NCBI GenBank assembly: GCA_002633005.1
Contig: NMRA01000016.1
Span: forward strand, 1,315,481-1,379,480
Direction of reading: 5' to 3'
Origin: Phoronis australis
Taxonomy: Eukaryota; Animalia; Phoronida
Length of the DNA stretch: 64,000 nt
The position numbers and the translations under genes were made by a program. Shown piece by piece: positions 1 to 13,494 of the stretch (positions are counted from its first letter, which is position 1; each line of letters opens with the position of its first letter). The notes beneath the pieces were generated by a model. The model saw only the letters and a list, made by a program, of their open reading frames with translations, was not told the origin of the DNA and did no database searches.

Positions 1-67
1 GTGTGTTGTGTGTGTGTGTGCGTGTGTGTGTGCCTGCGTGTGTGCGTGGGCGTACGTGGGAGTGTGT
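1..67. repeat. (GT)n/(GCGT) microsatellite
   Basis: Imperfect GT dinucleotide run at the window start. Confidence 0.9.
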
Positions 68-1203
68 CCTTCTGTAATTGTTTTTTCTTCACTAAATTAA
101 AAAAATGTTGAACTGCAAAGCGTAGCAAACTCTTTTTTTTACAAATAACAATAACTGAGTAGTGAGCGAGCTTCTTTAATAAAACAATGTCCCGAATGCT
201 TGAGCGCCCTAAAATAAACGAAAGCTTTCAACGCAAGAAACGCTGTTTTCTAAAATAATGGAAAAGTACACTTTCTGATGTAAGATAAGAAGAACACTTC
301 TTTCCACCTTCTCGTATTCAGGATCATTCATGATATAACATCACACAGTAGCTGTTACCGACCTTCAAAACTTAATGGGAGTTGACCATTTTGTCATCGT
401 AGTGTACTTTTCTCAATCTCAGTGTTGTCTTCATTTGAATAAAATGACCTGCGGATTTCATGAAATCGATCACATTTTCCGATAGCAAGAGAAACGCAGG
501 GCGTTGCAGATTGAAATGCGTCCACTGTGTGCTTCGCGTGCAGGGGATGATCATTATTATTTTAAAAATTCCCATTCTCATGAAAACACGTGGAAGATAT
601 TGAGGTGGGCGCGAAAAAGAAACAAAATTGCCTCCCTGTTGCGCCCTATTTGACAGATCTGTTCGGAAATCTTAGTTAGCTGCCCTCTCCTCAATGAGAA
701 CGCATCTGATAAGCGCCATTAAGTACATCAAAGTAAAAAATCTTGGTAGATACTGAGGTTCCAGTGATTCCCCATAGCAAGTGTCCACAGCAGAAGTTGC
801 TTCCACAAACCGTGCAAAAATATCCTTGAATCTAGCGTAAAAGATGATAATTCATATGTTCTTGATATTCGGGATTTAATTCAAGTTGATATGTTCTGCG
901 AATGACCACATAAACAACTATTTCATTTGTGTGATTATTTTGCTTTGATATCTATCCGGAACGTGTCAGTAGTGTGACCTTAATATAGTTGTCAAAGTGA
1001 TTCTAAGCAACTGTGGTAAGACTCAAAGCTACTATATTGCTGTCGACAAAGTCACCGCCATCGATACCACCTAAAAGGTAGCTTAATTATTTTAAAGCTT
1101 TGCTGAGCCAAAAAGTACCAATAGTAAATCATATTTGAGAGATGCGACGGACAGTCAGACAAGTCACGACACCTATCGCTACAGCTGCAAGTTTAATCTC
1201 TGA

Positions 1204-1470
1204 TTGGACGGAGAAATAACTGCATTTGAAATTTGTAGCACAATTGAAGAGCTGCCTAATGGTAAAGCTACTGGAATCGACGGACTAATACTTGAAATGA
1301 TTAAAGATACTAAAAGAGCTTTTAATCCAATCTCGCATCGTTTGTTTAATTCAATTTTCCGGACTGGGAATTACCCACAAATGTGGTGTGATGCGTGGTC
1401 TCAATGACAAAAATAACTATGGATGCATCAGGGTTTAGAAAACGTAACTGTGGTCAAGATCAAATTTTTG
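1204..1470 (+). mobile_element. Degenerate non-LTR retrotransposon (LINE) ORF2 fragment, region just upstream of and at the start of the RT domain
   Basis: Translation DGEITAFEICSTIEELPNGKATGIDGLILEMIK...LFNSIFRTGNYPQMW matches the LINE motif EI..AI..L..GKA.G.DG...E..K...LFN.....G..P..W. A shifted frame gives GFRKRNCGQDQIF, resembling GFRKGRST.DQIF. Confidence 0.8.
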
Positions 1471-1794
1471 CATATTTGCAATGCATCAAAAGCACATTGA
1501 CAGGGGCCCGTTTCATGAATTTTTTTTTCGGTCTTAAATTTTTCCAAAATCGGGCTAACTTAAGACCAAAATGTCTTAGTCTCGTGTCATGAAATTTCTT
1601 AAGACCTTTAAGGGGGCGTTTTTTGATTAAATTCATTTTTAGGTTGCAAAAAAGTTACACTACCAAAATCAGTCTTTTAAAAGAGTGATTTTGGCTGTGC
1701 AACTTTTTGAGTTTCTTCCGTATGCTGTGAAATTCGGTGAAATACGGGAATAAATAACATCGCCTTGAATAGAGTAAACGGAACTCTTCTGTCT

Positions 1795-2199
1795 GCATTT
1801 CATGGAAAAATAATTCTAATTTATCACCAAGCAGACTCCAAACTTACCGCCACCGATCTCGGTAAGGTGGCCTACCGAACTTTGAAGAATACGGTACAAT
1901 CAAAATTTTTATAAATCCGTAGTAGCGAAATAAACAACTCATTTGTTTAAAAACTCAAATGTATTTGCAAGGGCTTTACATCAAATTTTGATAATTTATT
2001 GGTGTATAACGACGAATTCAAGCGATAAGCTGACACCTTTAAGAGTCTTGTGAACTGCTGAGCAGACTGTGTTAGAACCTGTAACGTCATTTTCAGCACT
2101 GCCGTCTGCCGTCTTGTGTCAGATAAAAGAATTGAACTTGCGAGTGGAACTACTTGATGTAAATTGATACAAAATACGTTGTTTTGGTGGCATTTTCCT
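1795..2199 (+). mobile_element. 3' fragment of the Kolobok-like family seen at 3179-4850
   Basis: Diverged direct copy of about 4440-4850, ending GTGGCATTTTCCT followed by TTAA. Confidence 0.7.
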
Positions 2200-2299
2200 T
2201 TAAGGTTATGCAGTACCTTATCTACAAGTCCTTGTACTAAGCAAAACACCTAAAACTATTCATTTTAAAGAGACCTGGAACGCGATAAACTACATTGCA

Positions 2300-2552
2300 A
2301 TATTGAAAGTGGTTCTTTGCCAATGGAACAGAATTTAAGCTGCTCACCAGGTATTTTTAGGGTTTGTCCTTAAATATTTCTGTTGATATCAAAGCATTTT
2401 CTTTTAGTTTCAAAATTCAAAAAACAACCTGTCAACTGCTCGCCACTTCGTCGATTTTTCTCCTACAAGGCAAAGCACGTCTCCTTATTTGGTATGGCAA
2501 GACATAAACGTAACACATTTCTCTTATATGGAAAATGTGACCTTTGACCTCA
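2300..2552. repeat. Dispersed repeat; inverted copy at about 51362-51600
   Basis: CTGTCAACTGCTC...TCTCCTTATTTGGTATGG...ATATGGAAAATGTGACCTTTG is present in reverse complement at 51364-51477. Confidence 0.75.
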
Positions 2553-2682
2553 AGTGACTTCAAACAATTGACTGTGAGCGCATTTATCATAAGTGGGAGG
2601 GAGATTAGAAACTCTGTGGTAACAACGTAGTTTTTCCTTCGCGCGTATTTCAAAGTCGTGAGTTTTGGAAAGTGAATTATAG

Positions 2683-3056
2683 ACGTTGTGACAAATAAAA
2701 CAGCCATGGGTAGCAACTAGTGCGCATGTTCACAAGGCCGCTGACAACATTTTCAGAACGCTTACATCAACTAAAAGAGCAACATTATGTATATACTACT
2801 CCAGGAGTACGCTGATTGGGTACAACAAAAATAGGTCAAACTTTCAAGGGGCCTTCCAACCATGTGTTTTTGACCTCGTCACTTGAGGTCGAACTCTGGA
2901 CAGCTGGATATGATCGCAAATTACCGTCAGAAGCATTTATGTTTACTCTGCCTCTAATGTTGCTGTTTTTAGTTGATGTAAGTGTTCTAAAAATGTTGTC
3001 AGCGGCCTTGTGAGCATGCACATTAATTGCCACCCATGGATGTTTTTGTCACTACG
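2683..3056. mobile_element. Imperfect inverted repeat (MITE-like), arms about 100 bp
   Basis: 2721-2787 (TGCGCATGTTCACAAGGCCGCTGACAACATTTT...) pairs with 2955-3020; weaker pairing extends to about 2683/3056. Confidence 0.75.
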
Positions 3057-3178
3057 CTTTGCCATGAATGTTGGCGATTGAAATCGGAAAATCTGGGAAA
3101 AGTATTTTTTATTGGTTTCGATGTCAACAAATGGAAGTAGTGAAAGTGTTGATTTCGCAGATAAAATGTTTGACTTAA

Positions 3179-4850
3179 AGGAGAATGCCACCCGATTTAA
3201 TTAGTCTTTTTTACCGTCTTAATCGGTCTATATTCACATCGCCTCGCATACGTCGACCTTACCTTGCCAAGAGGTGTCGCATTAACCTGTGAGGAAGGTA
3301 AGAAACGACGCTAGCGACGTCAGTGGTTCATATGTATAGTGAATGCCGGTATGTTGCGGTGCATCGTTCCCGCTTGTCCGAACTAAGCAGCCGCGAGGAA
3401 AGCGGGTATATCGTTTTTTTTTTTACTTCCTCGAGAGTCCGAAATGCTTAGAAAGTGGCTCAGGGTAGTGAAGAATGAAATGTACGCTGTAAATAGCAAG
3501 TATGAGGCCATGAAACATCTCCGAGTCTGTGGCCTGCAGACGTCGACAATGGCTGAAGAATGCCGGCTTACCAAATAATTCCATACGTTCCGTTGTCTGA
3601 GCTTGTTCACGGCGCCTATCTAGTATTTCTTCATCACTGTATTCCTGTTCGAATTGATAGCCTGTAAATCTTAACGATCCACCTGCGAAGTCGGGACTGA
3701 TGAGCTCTAGCTCGTCCTAAGTCGGGATTGCGAGTTGCCATTACTGAGCGTTCTGTTTCAAAATGAATTATTCTCACCCTAACCAATACTTTTATAAAAC
3801 TGAAACAAAGTCTGTCTCATTAGATGCAATATGCAATGCCTTTGGGTGTTCGTGAGTGCAAATGATTTGAGAAGCCATCAATGAATAAATCACTGCGTTA
3901 CCGGCTTTAGGTGCAATAAAACTAAATGACGGGACACCGAGGCCGTGTGAGCTCATGCTAATTTAGTGTTTGCTGGCAGAAACTGTTATGAAACAACTCG
4001 ATTTCCATCCCACGGCCAGGAGTTAGGGGAATCTTTATTTACATTTACATTACTCAAATAATGATTGTCAATGTACAACTTATGCCCTGACGGTGCCTGT
4101 GGCCAAAGCGGAACCTGAATTCGGCGGCCCCCGACGAGTAAGTAGATTTGCAGTTTCGTGGCTAATTCACCAACATAATCACGTGCACACTGCTTTGGCT
4201 CACTAGTATAGTATTTTCTTGACTGGAAGTTTAGTTTCCACTGAACTTTGGCTGGTTTATGTTCGTGATGTCTGATCAGTTTCCGAGCCACTGGCCGGGA
4301 TAACGAGTCAATCCGGGCCCGGCCGCGACGGGCCTGATCGGGCTCCGAGCCACTGGCCAGGATAACAAGCGTTTTGTGTTTAGAAATCAAAAGATCACAA
4401 GTCTAAACAACACAGATCTAGGTTCTCCTGTCAGTATCTCACGGAAAAATACTTCGAAATTATCTCCGAACAGACCCCAAACTCCTGCTACGCACCTTAT
4501 TGGCCTGCCGAACTTTGCAGGCTACGGTGTGTCCAAATACCTATAAATCCGTAAGAGCGAAATAAAACAACACGTTTTTATAAGATCTCGGTGTATTTTT
4601 AAGGGTTTTACATCGAAGTTTGATGATTTATTGGTGTTAAGCAGTGACTTCAAGCGATAAGCTGACACCAGTAACCCGTGTTGTGAACTGCTGAACAGAC
4701 TGCGTTTGAAACCGATGACGTTATTGGATAATTTCAACAACTCCGTCTGCCGTCATGTGTCAGGTAACGCAACCGTACGTGTCGTTATGGAGTAGAACTA
4801 CTCGATCTAAATTGATACAAATTAGGTTGTTTTTTGCGTGGCATGCTCCT
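3179..4850. mobile_element. Non-autonomous DNA transposon, Kolobok-like (TTAA TSD, AGG...CCT termini)
   Basis: TTAA|AGGAGAATGCCAC ... GTGGCATGCTCCT|TTAA: TIR matches at 12/13 positions, TTAA on both sides, and a second partial copy at 1795-2199. Confidence 0.7.
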
Positions 4851-5159
4851 TTAAATTTCTGTGAGGTTTGACACGCTTGGAGCTTTTCCGGAAGTACCTG
4901 GCAGGCGGCCATATTGGATAGCAGTCGTATACCTTTCTCTTTATTTATATACTATCCTCTAGGGCTGATCAAAGGTGGCTGTGGTTATACAAACGGCCTC
5001 TCTAGTGATACTCTACAATTCATATAAATATTTGATGTTTATAATAATTCCATAATTAGTCGTTCTCATCAGTATATAGCTCATCCTACAATTTCCTTAC
5101 TTTTAATTATTTTTAGTTATTAATATTAATATTGTATACCTTGTTCTTGTTTATTGTCT

Positions 5160-5241
5160 TAGAGCGGCATATGGTAGACAAGTTATGCTTAACATGCTTT
5201 TTATCTACTCTCAATAAAAAATTACCTTATCTTATCTTATC
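5160..5241 (+). mobile_element. Probable 3' tail of a CR1/L2-type LINE or SINE
   Basis: AATAAA followed by a (CTTAT)3 terminal microsatellite. Confidence 0.4.
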
Positions 5242-7473
5242 CTCAGCCCAACTCACGAGACAGGTGAGGGTCACTTCATACTACTGTATGCTTCCTTCAC
5301 AAGAGAGCTATCTCTGTGTACATTTTGTCACAGCCATTTTGTACATACAATCTTGATATAGTTCGCCCAGAATCCGTGTTTGTTTATTGCCGAGGGCTAA
5401 CAGTATTCATATACGAGCCAGAAATGTGAAAACGTGGCTGACCTGGCAAACCCTACAAGTAATCACCGGTTTGTGACAATCGTGAATTTGTTGGGAATGG
5501 CATAATTCCAACTATTCAACTATTTAGAGGCGACGTTTCAAAAAGAATTGGATTTTGAATCCTGTTACTCTCCCCTCCACTTACATCGGAACCGAAAATG
5601 AATTGGCTTCTTTACTCTACCTAATTAGATGATGGGCGAAAAGTTGACTTTTTATCAAATTTCGATTACTTGGGTCACGTGACGGTGGCTTTTAGTTAAA
5701 TTTAGCATAAAGTAAAGTACATCGATACTAAAACCACAGATGTAATTTGGAAAACTACGAAACAATTTTGTAAATTTCATTGCATTTTCGTTATGTAACT
5801 ATTGAGTNGTCGTCAGCTTATACTCTGTGGTGGCATTACTGCGTCATTTTATCTTCACTTGAGAATGAAACAAGTATGTTTCGAAATATCGTGTGTCTTT
5901 TTAATTATGTCACTAGGTCAGTTACTGTATCTATGTTCAGTAGAGAGTAGAGTTTTGTTCAGAAAGTATGAACGCAACGGAATAAAGACCGTGAAAAATG
6001 AAAAGTGTCGTGTATTCAACACATTCTGTATAACAGAAAACTTGCTCCCGAAGTACAGTCAATTAGATGATGGGGGAAAAGTTGACTTTTTATCAAATTT
6101 CGATTACTTGGGTCACGTGACGGTGGCTTTTAGTTAAATTTAGCATAAAGTAAAGTACATCGATACTAAAACCACAGATGTAATTTGGAAAACTACGAAA
6201 CAATTTTGTAAATTTCATTGCATTTTCGTTATGTAACTATTGAGTTTTTTATGACAATCATCAATGGCCAAACACTTGATAGAACAATTCCTAGCACTGT
6301 CGTGGAGAAGTATGCAAACACCCATCTCTGAGGTACGATTGTCCGGAATTGGTCACCATTGGACATTTTCCTAAGGCCCTGCATAACCTAAACGCCAGTT
6401 ATGGACGTGATAGATGGAATAAGTCAGCAGGAAAGGGCGTCAAATTTATTTCTGCTTAGGGACCCTAATGGTTTAGGACCGGCCGCGGGTGACAGTAAAC
6501 GGGGGTGGTCGACCATTGCGCAGAAGTGGCTCATGCTTTCCTTTCAAATTAGTTGTGTTTTACCGTATTTATTGTCAGGTCGTTCTTCAAATCATTCAGG
6601 CGGCTTTAGACCTGCCTTCCTCCGCAGGAATTAAGTTTTTGTTGAGTTCACTAATTGACATATAACCTTTGACCTAAACTTGTTCCTTACTCAGGTGAAA
6701 AGTGTGTGCTAGGTGTGATTAAATTGACAGTTTATTAGTGCACGGCGCTTCAGGCGGCACGTCGTAGCAAGCCAGCTTGAAAACTCTTAAACTGGTTTCA
6801 AACAATAACGATCTGTCAACTCAGTATCCCAAACCACATCTGAAATGACTAAGGAAGACTACTGAGACCAATTTTTAGACGACGAATGGTATTAACCATA
6901 TGTTCTCAAAGCCTTGTAAGTTTTTGTCTTAAACGCACAAAAATGAAATTCCTACACACTCGGCACATTTTGAGCAGTTCACGTTTTCCAACAAGACATC
7001 AATCACGGAAACTAATTCGTGTTTTTGTTGGACGATTTGTTCACTGGTACAGCCTCGTTTTGAAGTTGGTCAAAATTCAAACTCTCAGTCATCGATGGTC
7101 TTGGGAGCCGGAAATGCAGCAATAAAGACACAAGTGAAAGTCGCTTTGACAAATCTTTATTTTGCTTTAGTCGTCCGTACATTTAATGACCGGTGTCAGT
7201 TTCAAATGTCATCCATGTCGTTGACCAACTAATCCCTGAAAAACAAGTTTAAAACGCTAATTATGTATTTGCAATCTTTATATAGTGGAGCACAAACTGA
7301 AAGACACTTGCGGTGAGTACACACTGTGGCAGAGCGAAGAATTTTCGAAATACAGGTCAGAGTTATACATGCAGTTTTCGTTCGAAGAACAGATTTCCGG
7401 CAGCAGCGTCGACATGTTCCGTTAAAAAAAATATCACTGCAAAGTAATTTTCTCAACGTTGCGAAGCCGCCTG

Positions 7474-7891
7474 TGCCCAGTTGCATGAAACAGTCCCAAA
7501 AGGGAGTCAACTAACTTCCCTAAAGCTTTTGAGTATTTGTGTCATTCTTTATACACAGATGTAATTTTTTTCCACCATTTTATCTTTATTATGAGGCCCT
7601 TTTCACTAATAGCATATTCTAGTAATATAACTAAAAACTGCGCCCTAATTAGCCCAATAGAAATGTATAGGGACTTAGTCCTCGAATTACGGGCGTTGCA
7701 TGAAAAGATCCCTATTTATTTTCAATAATATTGAGAATTTAAAGTAGAGTTCACTCTCAATTTGTATCAAAGCCACAACTTGACATGGTAATGAAACTAA
7801 AACAACACAAAAACAAGTGTTTTCGAGAAGTCCACAAATACGCAGTAGATTTAGGGAATTTAGTTGAGTCCCTGTTTTACGCAACTGGGCA
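7474..7891. mobile_element. MITE with about 45-bp imperfect TIRs (PIF/Harbinger-like ends)
   Basis: TGCCCAGTTGCATGAAACAG...TCAACTAACTTCCCTAAA pairs with TTTAGGGAATTTAGTTGA...GCAACTGGGCA. The internal part is repeated at about 8840-8925. Confidence 0.65.
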
Positions 7892-8100
7892 TTGATGATT
7901 GACTGGTTCACGCTCTAAATTCGTCACCCTCTGTCAAATTTCACACACAAAACTGCAAGAACCTCTCTCTAAATAGAGACAGAGAGAACAGATTTGAGTT
8001 ACCAGATTCATGGTCAAGCGCCTTGCAGCTTTTGTCTATCATGAACACCGGTACAGAGCAATGAAATTTTGGCGCGAACCAGTCAGTCATCAATCCCCAA
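7886..8100. mobile_element. Small MITE-like inverted repeat abutting the previous element
   Basis: ATTGATGATTGACTGGTTCACGC pairs with GCGCGAACCAGTCAGTCATCAAT. Confidence 0.55.
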
Positions 8101-9662
8101 TAGAAAGAGCGAGGCGGCTCTAAAACGTCGGGAAAGCAAGTTTGCAGAAAGTTTCAGAAGTTTCACCTCGATAAGTTTATGTTAATCTCCCCCGTCTGAA
8201 ATGGCCCCGCGTTTGTGGGGTCAAGTTATAATCATTTATAACACAAACGTTTAAAACGAAGGCAGATATTTCTCAAATCAGGACAATAACTACGAGTTAA
8301 ATTATTCCCAATTCCTGTACCCTAGGGTTCTAATCAACAGGTTTAGGCTCGACTCAGACTTGCACTCAGAACTTAGTCAATCAACTAAGTTCCCTCAATC
8401 GTCTCCGTAGGTGTGTCGTTCATAACTCACTTGTGTAATCCTTTTCGATCATCTTTATCTTTACCATGCTGCCTTTTGATTAATGACAAATTCTAGTAAT
8501 ACAAATAAACAACCTTTGTTTAATGAAAAGAAAATGAGCCCATCTGTTAGGCTTGCAATGTGAAATAACTCGAAACTTTTCATTCTTTGCATGCAGTTTT
8601 TGACAAGAGTGAAGAAAGAGTGACGAGTCCATTGACGTGTGTTCTGATAGGCAAACCTCAGTGAGAACTGTTCTGTTCCACCTAATTGCTGCGTTTGATC
8701 TTCTTTAGTGGTAATACAACAGTTGAATTTGCTGAACAGGAGAAAAACGCTATTCCGAGCATTCACATGCAAGCAAGAATACCGGGAGTTCCCGAGTATT
8801 TACGCGGGTATTTACGAGGTAATCGTGTGAATGTATCTATAGTCCCAAAATTATGGTCGTTGTTTTAACAGTTCCCTAGTTTTGTTCAATAACAGTGAGA
8901 ATTTAAGGTAGACTTCACACTCGATTCGACTTTTATACACCAACTGAACTAACTGAAAACGGCATGACAAAAGATAATCGGTGTATTTACACGTCCAAAA
9001 CTCTGCAGTAAATTTAGCCGAGTCCCTACTTGGATCACTTTCAGGAAGGCAGCCAGGCATTGGTTCCGAATTATCGTTCATCACCATCTTGCACACGCTG
9101 CCTTGCTGTTCAATAAGCTGCACTAGATTCTGCACTATACGATAAGTCATGTGATATCAGGATTGAAGTTAGAAGCTGTCTTGCGGCTAGAAGAAATACA
9201 CGGCAATGTCACCCGTAATCTCGCGAAGTCGTGATTTTCCAGCGAGGTTCTAGCGTTGTTAATTCTACCCAGTATTGGAAAAGTAGAACAAAAAACTTTC
9301 AGTCTTAAATCTAAGTTTTGTAAGGATCTTGGCTAATAGTCACATAATATGCGTTGGTGTACGATTTTCTCCAGCCCCACCCATATATGACGCTGTGGTA
9401 CTCAGATCGAACGAGGCCATTTTACTCGTGGGGTGTGGGGAGCTGACCGTAACACAAAACCGCACCACTTGCAACCAAGAAAGAGGTGATTTGTGCTAAG
9501 TTGCCGTACAGTGTTGTTACGTACATGTACGTTTGTGTCGCTTTTGGAACAAACATTTCCAAAATTGCTGGGGTTGGGTGCTGTTTTAAATAGTGAGGCA
9601 CAGTTTTCAAAAAGGTCGAGAACCAGTTATTATATTTTCCTTGATTTTGTATTGCTTTATAC

Positions 9663-9784
9663 TTACCATGGTAAACACTCGCACTGTCCATTGGTACACA
9701 CTGGTTGTTTTTGCTGTGGAATGCATAGATCCCAGCAATCAAAAGTCTGTTGCGTAGTACATCGGCGTGTTCTTTGCAGTGCAA
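9663..9784 (-). CDS. Exon encoding the propeptide end and the mature CS-alpha/beta (defensin / scorpion K+ toxin-like) peptide
   Basis: Acceptor ctctatttcag at 9785-9795. The phase-1 frame reads (V)ALQRTRR-CTTQQTFDCWDLCIPQQKQPVCTNGQCECLPW*, with spacing C-x7-C-x3-C-x8-C-x4-C-x-C directly after a furin motif. TG|GTAAGT at 9667/9666 may instead be a donor, so the last residue is uncertain. Confidence 0.82.
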
Positions 9785-12700
9785 CTGAAATAGAGGGCAT
9801 AATTCACTTGTAAAATACGCTTGTGCTTCATTAGTGTTTTTTTGTAGCTGATTTCGTTTTCCTGGTGACGTTTTTTTATTTTTATCTTTGATCCTGTCCC
9901 AGGGGCGCTTAAGTCTCCTGAACCCTCCCCCAAATAGATCCGTCTCTGCAACAGTAGGACATTCTCTACAGGGGGACAATCACAATTAACTACCACACTG
10001 TGACACACAGAACCTGGGACACATACAACCCCGTCCAATGCACAGAAACCTGACACACAGAGCCCCGATATGCATAAAACGACGGTACACATAAAAATTT
10101 TACAGGGGAGGAGAAAAACGCCCTCCCGACCTCCCCGAGCGTGACGCTACGCGACTCGGATTCGCGCGAAGTCTAAAACCCCTTACTGAAAACGTGGTCT
10201 GCCACTGTTTCGTACCTGATTCCATGCGTCCGTTGTTAGAGTTCGACCAGCCGAGAAAGTCAACATAAGATCGCCGTTTGCTACCCAGCCAAAATGTAGC
10301 AAACTAAAGGTGCATTTTCAAGATCCAGCTCGCATTCGAAAATTCCAGGGGGGCATTGATTGATCTGACAACGACCAGGACAAAAATTGTCACCTAGACC
10401 TAAAATGGCGATTGTAGCTAAAACTTGCACACTCGTCCGCTTAGCACCTGGAACACTAAAGACCGGGACACATAGATTCCGAAGTCCATAAAACGGGAAC
10501 TTTAGAACCGGAGACGCATAGAACACGGGACGCAATGCTATGCTCCCAATTTATATTATCTAAGACTACATGTAATATTTACATGTAAACTCGATCTTTA
10601 CAATTACTATAAACTAGATCGTTAATTTAGAGGTGGATTTTTGTATAATTTTCCACTCATCTCCAAAACAATTACCACAGAAAAATGAGTAAATAGATGT
10701 GATCATTGATCATTCATAAATAAAAGCTTTGTAATTTTACATGTCTGATGGCTAAACATGAGTCTGCTGATGCATCCACATATCCACTCCAGACATTTAA
10801 ACTTTGCATTACTTCACTACCTGCACTAGTGCCTCAGTGCTAATAACATTTTGCAATGCACTTTCAGATGTAGCAGTTTCGAGTATTTTAATTCTAAGTG
10901 ATTTTGTGACTATGCATTGCCGCAAGAGAAGGGGAAATAATTACTTCTACACTACGTACATTTACTTAGACGGTCACGTGCAAGCTTTGCACTGTTCCAT
11001 GACTGTGGGTCAAATTATTCTGCAATGTCTGCACATTTCCACATCACAGCTTGTTAACAGATTCAAACGTTTCCTTTGGCAAATTAATTTACTACCTGTA
11101 ACACTACTATAAAGAATATGTTAAAGCCATGTGCAGAAATACATTGTCGCAGTATTGTATTTCTGAACTCTTGAGGGTCAAATGATTCTTTTATTTGTGC
11201 ACATTTTGCACTGTCTCGAGCCTGGGTTAAAATGATTTTGCCAACGCATGCACCTTTTCACATCAGACTTGGTTAACATATCCCGAACTTTGCACTCTGG
11301 ACTGTTTGTCATTTTTTACCAAACTTCGAATTGCAGACCTCACAATTTTGTATTTTTAAACTCGGAGGGAATAGATTTGCCACTGTAGGACCGCTTAAGT
11401 TCTGTGACAGTATTTACACTGTACTTATATGGTTACAATGACACTATAAATAAACTATATACTTTGGCTTGAGCGGTAAAAAGTTGGTCTTGTAGTTACA
11501 AAGAATGCTGGGACTAGGACATCAGGCCTTAACAAAGTAATAAATTCCCCCTTTTCATACATTAAATTGCATGTCTGCTGGAAAACACTTGACTTCTCGC
11601 GGGCATGATTTCGGATGGTGTTATGGCGGACATGTGTCATCTCAGAGACAAAAACTGTTTCAAACAAATGGAATTAGATAATAAGATAACTAATATCACT
11701 GACAAGATAAAATATACGAACACAGAAACACATTCTGCTTCGAACCAACTTCACTCTAGGTTAACTGTTAGTTATCAATCTTGCTGAAAAGTGTCGCACT
11801 TTTAATAATGGCTGCCTCACCAAATCTGCGTTGTAAATGTATGCCTTGGAAAACTCTGAACTTAAGAATAAGAAGGGACCAATCAGGGCAAGTAATACGT
11901 TTTTGAATCACCGTGACAAGAGGAATCGGCAAGAATGTGAACAAGTTTGACTACTGCTGTTACTTGCCTCGATCTGAACATCAACTATTTCGCTCAACTC
12001 CTCAACCTTTGCTGTCCAAAATCAGAGTGAGAGAACACAACACCTCTGGAAATAATGTTGTCTGTTGTCTGATGCCAACTGTTTTGAGAATAATACTTTC
12101 CAGACGTCGCAATAAAGCCCTTTAATACCGCACTGACTCCCTGAATGACTCTTGTGACTATGGACAGCATGAAGTCAGCACGTTGAAATCACATTTTTAA
12201 CATAATTCAAGTTTGGAAAGGTGAATCACTAGGTCACCTGAGACACCTCTTTCTCCAACTGAAACTTACCTAATCTTAACAAGTAACAGATGGCCCATCA
12301 GCCTGCTCCTGATAGCCTTGCATACACTGAACACAAGGGAATAGTCAGATGAACTTTTGATGCACAGTGGCTCGTACAAAAACTCTGAAAACTGCCAACA
12401 CCCCTTCGTTTGCTCATTTGCTCACGTGGTGGTGCAACATGACAAATACAGACTGAATATCTGGTATCTAGGTATGGAAGGAAACGGTCAGTTCTGTGAT
12501 TGGATACACTGTATGATTTCAATTGAGATTAGGTAAACACCAGTTGACGAATTATTATCACAATCAGCCAGTTGATTTTACAGCACTGGAAGAACCAATG
12601 TTTCTACTATCCAAATAAAAACACCGTGCACATATGGGAGAAAACATGACAGCAAAATGATTTTGAGAATGAAATAATTTACAGTACTACTCACTCTTAA

Positions 12701-13494
12701 TAATTACAATTATTGTTTTTACAATTAACAGTGCCATTTCATTGATCTTCGTTGCTTATTTGAAAATTTGTTAAACAAGAAAAACGATATTCACATTTTT
12801 TTGTAATTTAGCACATTCAAAATATAGATTCTATTATTCTTTCATTTTAGCTGATCTGCGAAAACCTCACCACCAAAGTAAGACTTGGAAGCCAGGTGGC
12901 TGCTTTAATTAAAATTCTGAGGAAATAGCCAACTAGTTAGTATAATAGGGTAAGCTATCCGTTTCCTTGGCTTCTCTCCTCAGATAAACTACAACTGTTT
13001 AATTTGTATCCCAGAAACTTTGATTTGCCTGTGGTGTTGATGAAGTTCAATGAATAGGAAATAAAACAAAATTTCATGAAAAGAACATTTAGAAAACTTT
13101 CTTTAGCTCTTATCTTCATCTGATTAAAGAACCGTTTATTAGCAGCTGACTAATACGTGGCATTGATAGAACGTTATAAACAGTTCGTTCCTATTCAACT
13201 GGTTTAGATATCAGATCAGGCTATTTCACAAATTAAAGACCATGGTAAAACACCGCACACTGGTAATGCTGGAAACTAAATGTAATTTCATATATTATGC
13301 ACCAACGGAAACGTTTTACTTTTTAGAAAACGATAGCTTCAGTAATGTAATGGCTATTATATTCAGCGCTTTTCCCCTCTGGACGCAAGAGACTCGCGAA
13401 AACCAGGCATTACAAGGACTGCACGTAATCACTTGAACTTTTGCTTGCCAAGTTCTAGCGGGACTCGGCCAAAACTGACAGTTTCTGCTCTCAC

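Noticed and set aside
5623-6245. Near-identical 185-bp direct repeat (5623-5807 and 6061-6245)
   Set aside because: The first copy ends exactly at a single-N join; most likely a contig overlap or haplotype artefact.
9739-10092. Cys-rich 117-aa ORF next to the peptide exon
   Set aside because: The Cys and Val residues come from TG-rich low-complexity sequence; no convincing splice sites or fold spacing.
11990-12200. Faint RT-like traces on the minus strand (TVGIRQ...CVLS), also at about 16090-16450
   Set aside because: Too degenerate to support without a translated search.
12270-12326. Possible internal exon (ttcag ... AG|GTAAGT) in the peptide-gene intron
   Set aside because: In phase 1 it reads VYARLSGAG* with an early stop; no other support.
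13316-13494. C-terminal part of the 86-aa ORF (NCQFWPSPAR...) as a 4-Cys secreted peptide
   Set aside because: A strong donor GAG|GTGAGA follows the signal/pro region, and a phase-matched exon at 9784 gives a far more convincing product, so this is treated as intron read-through.
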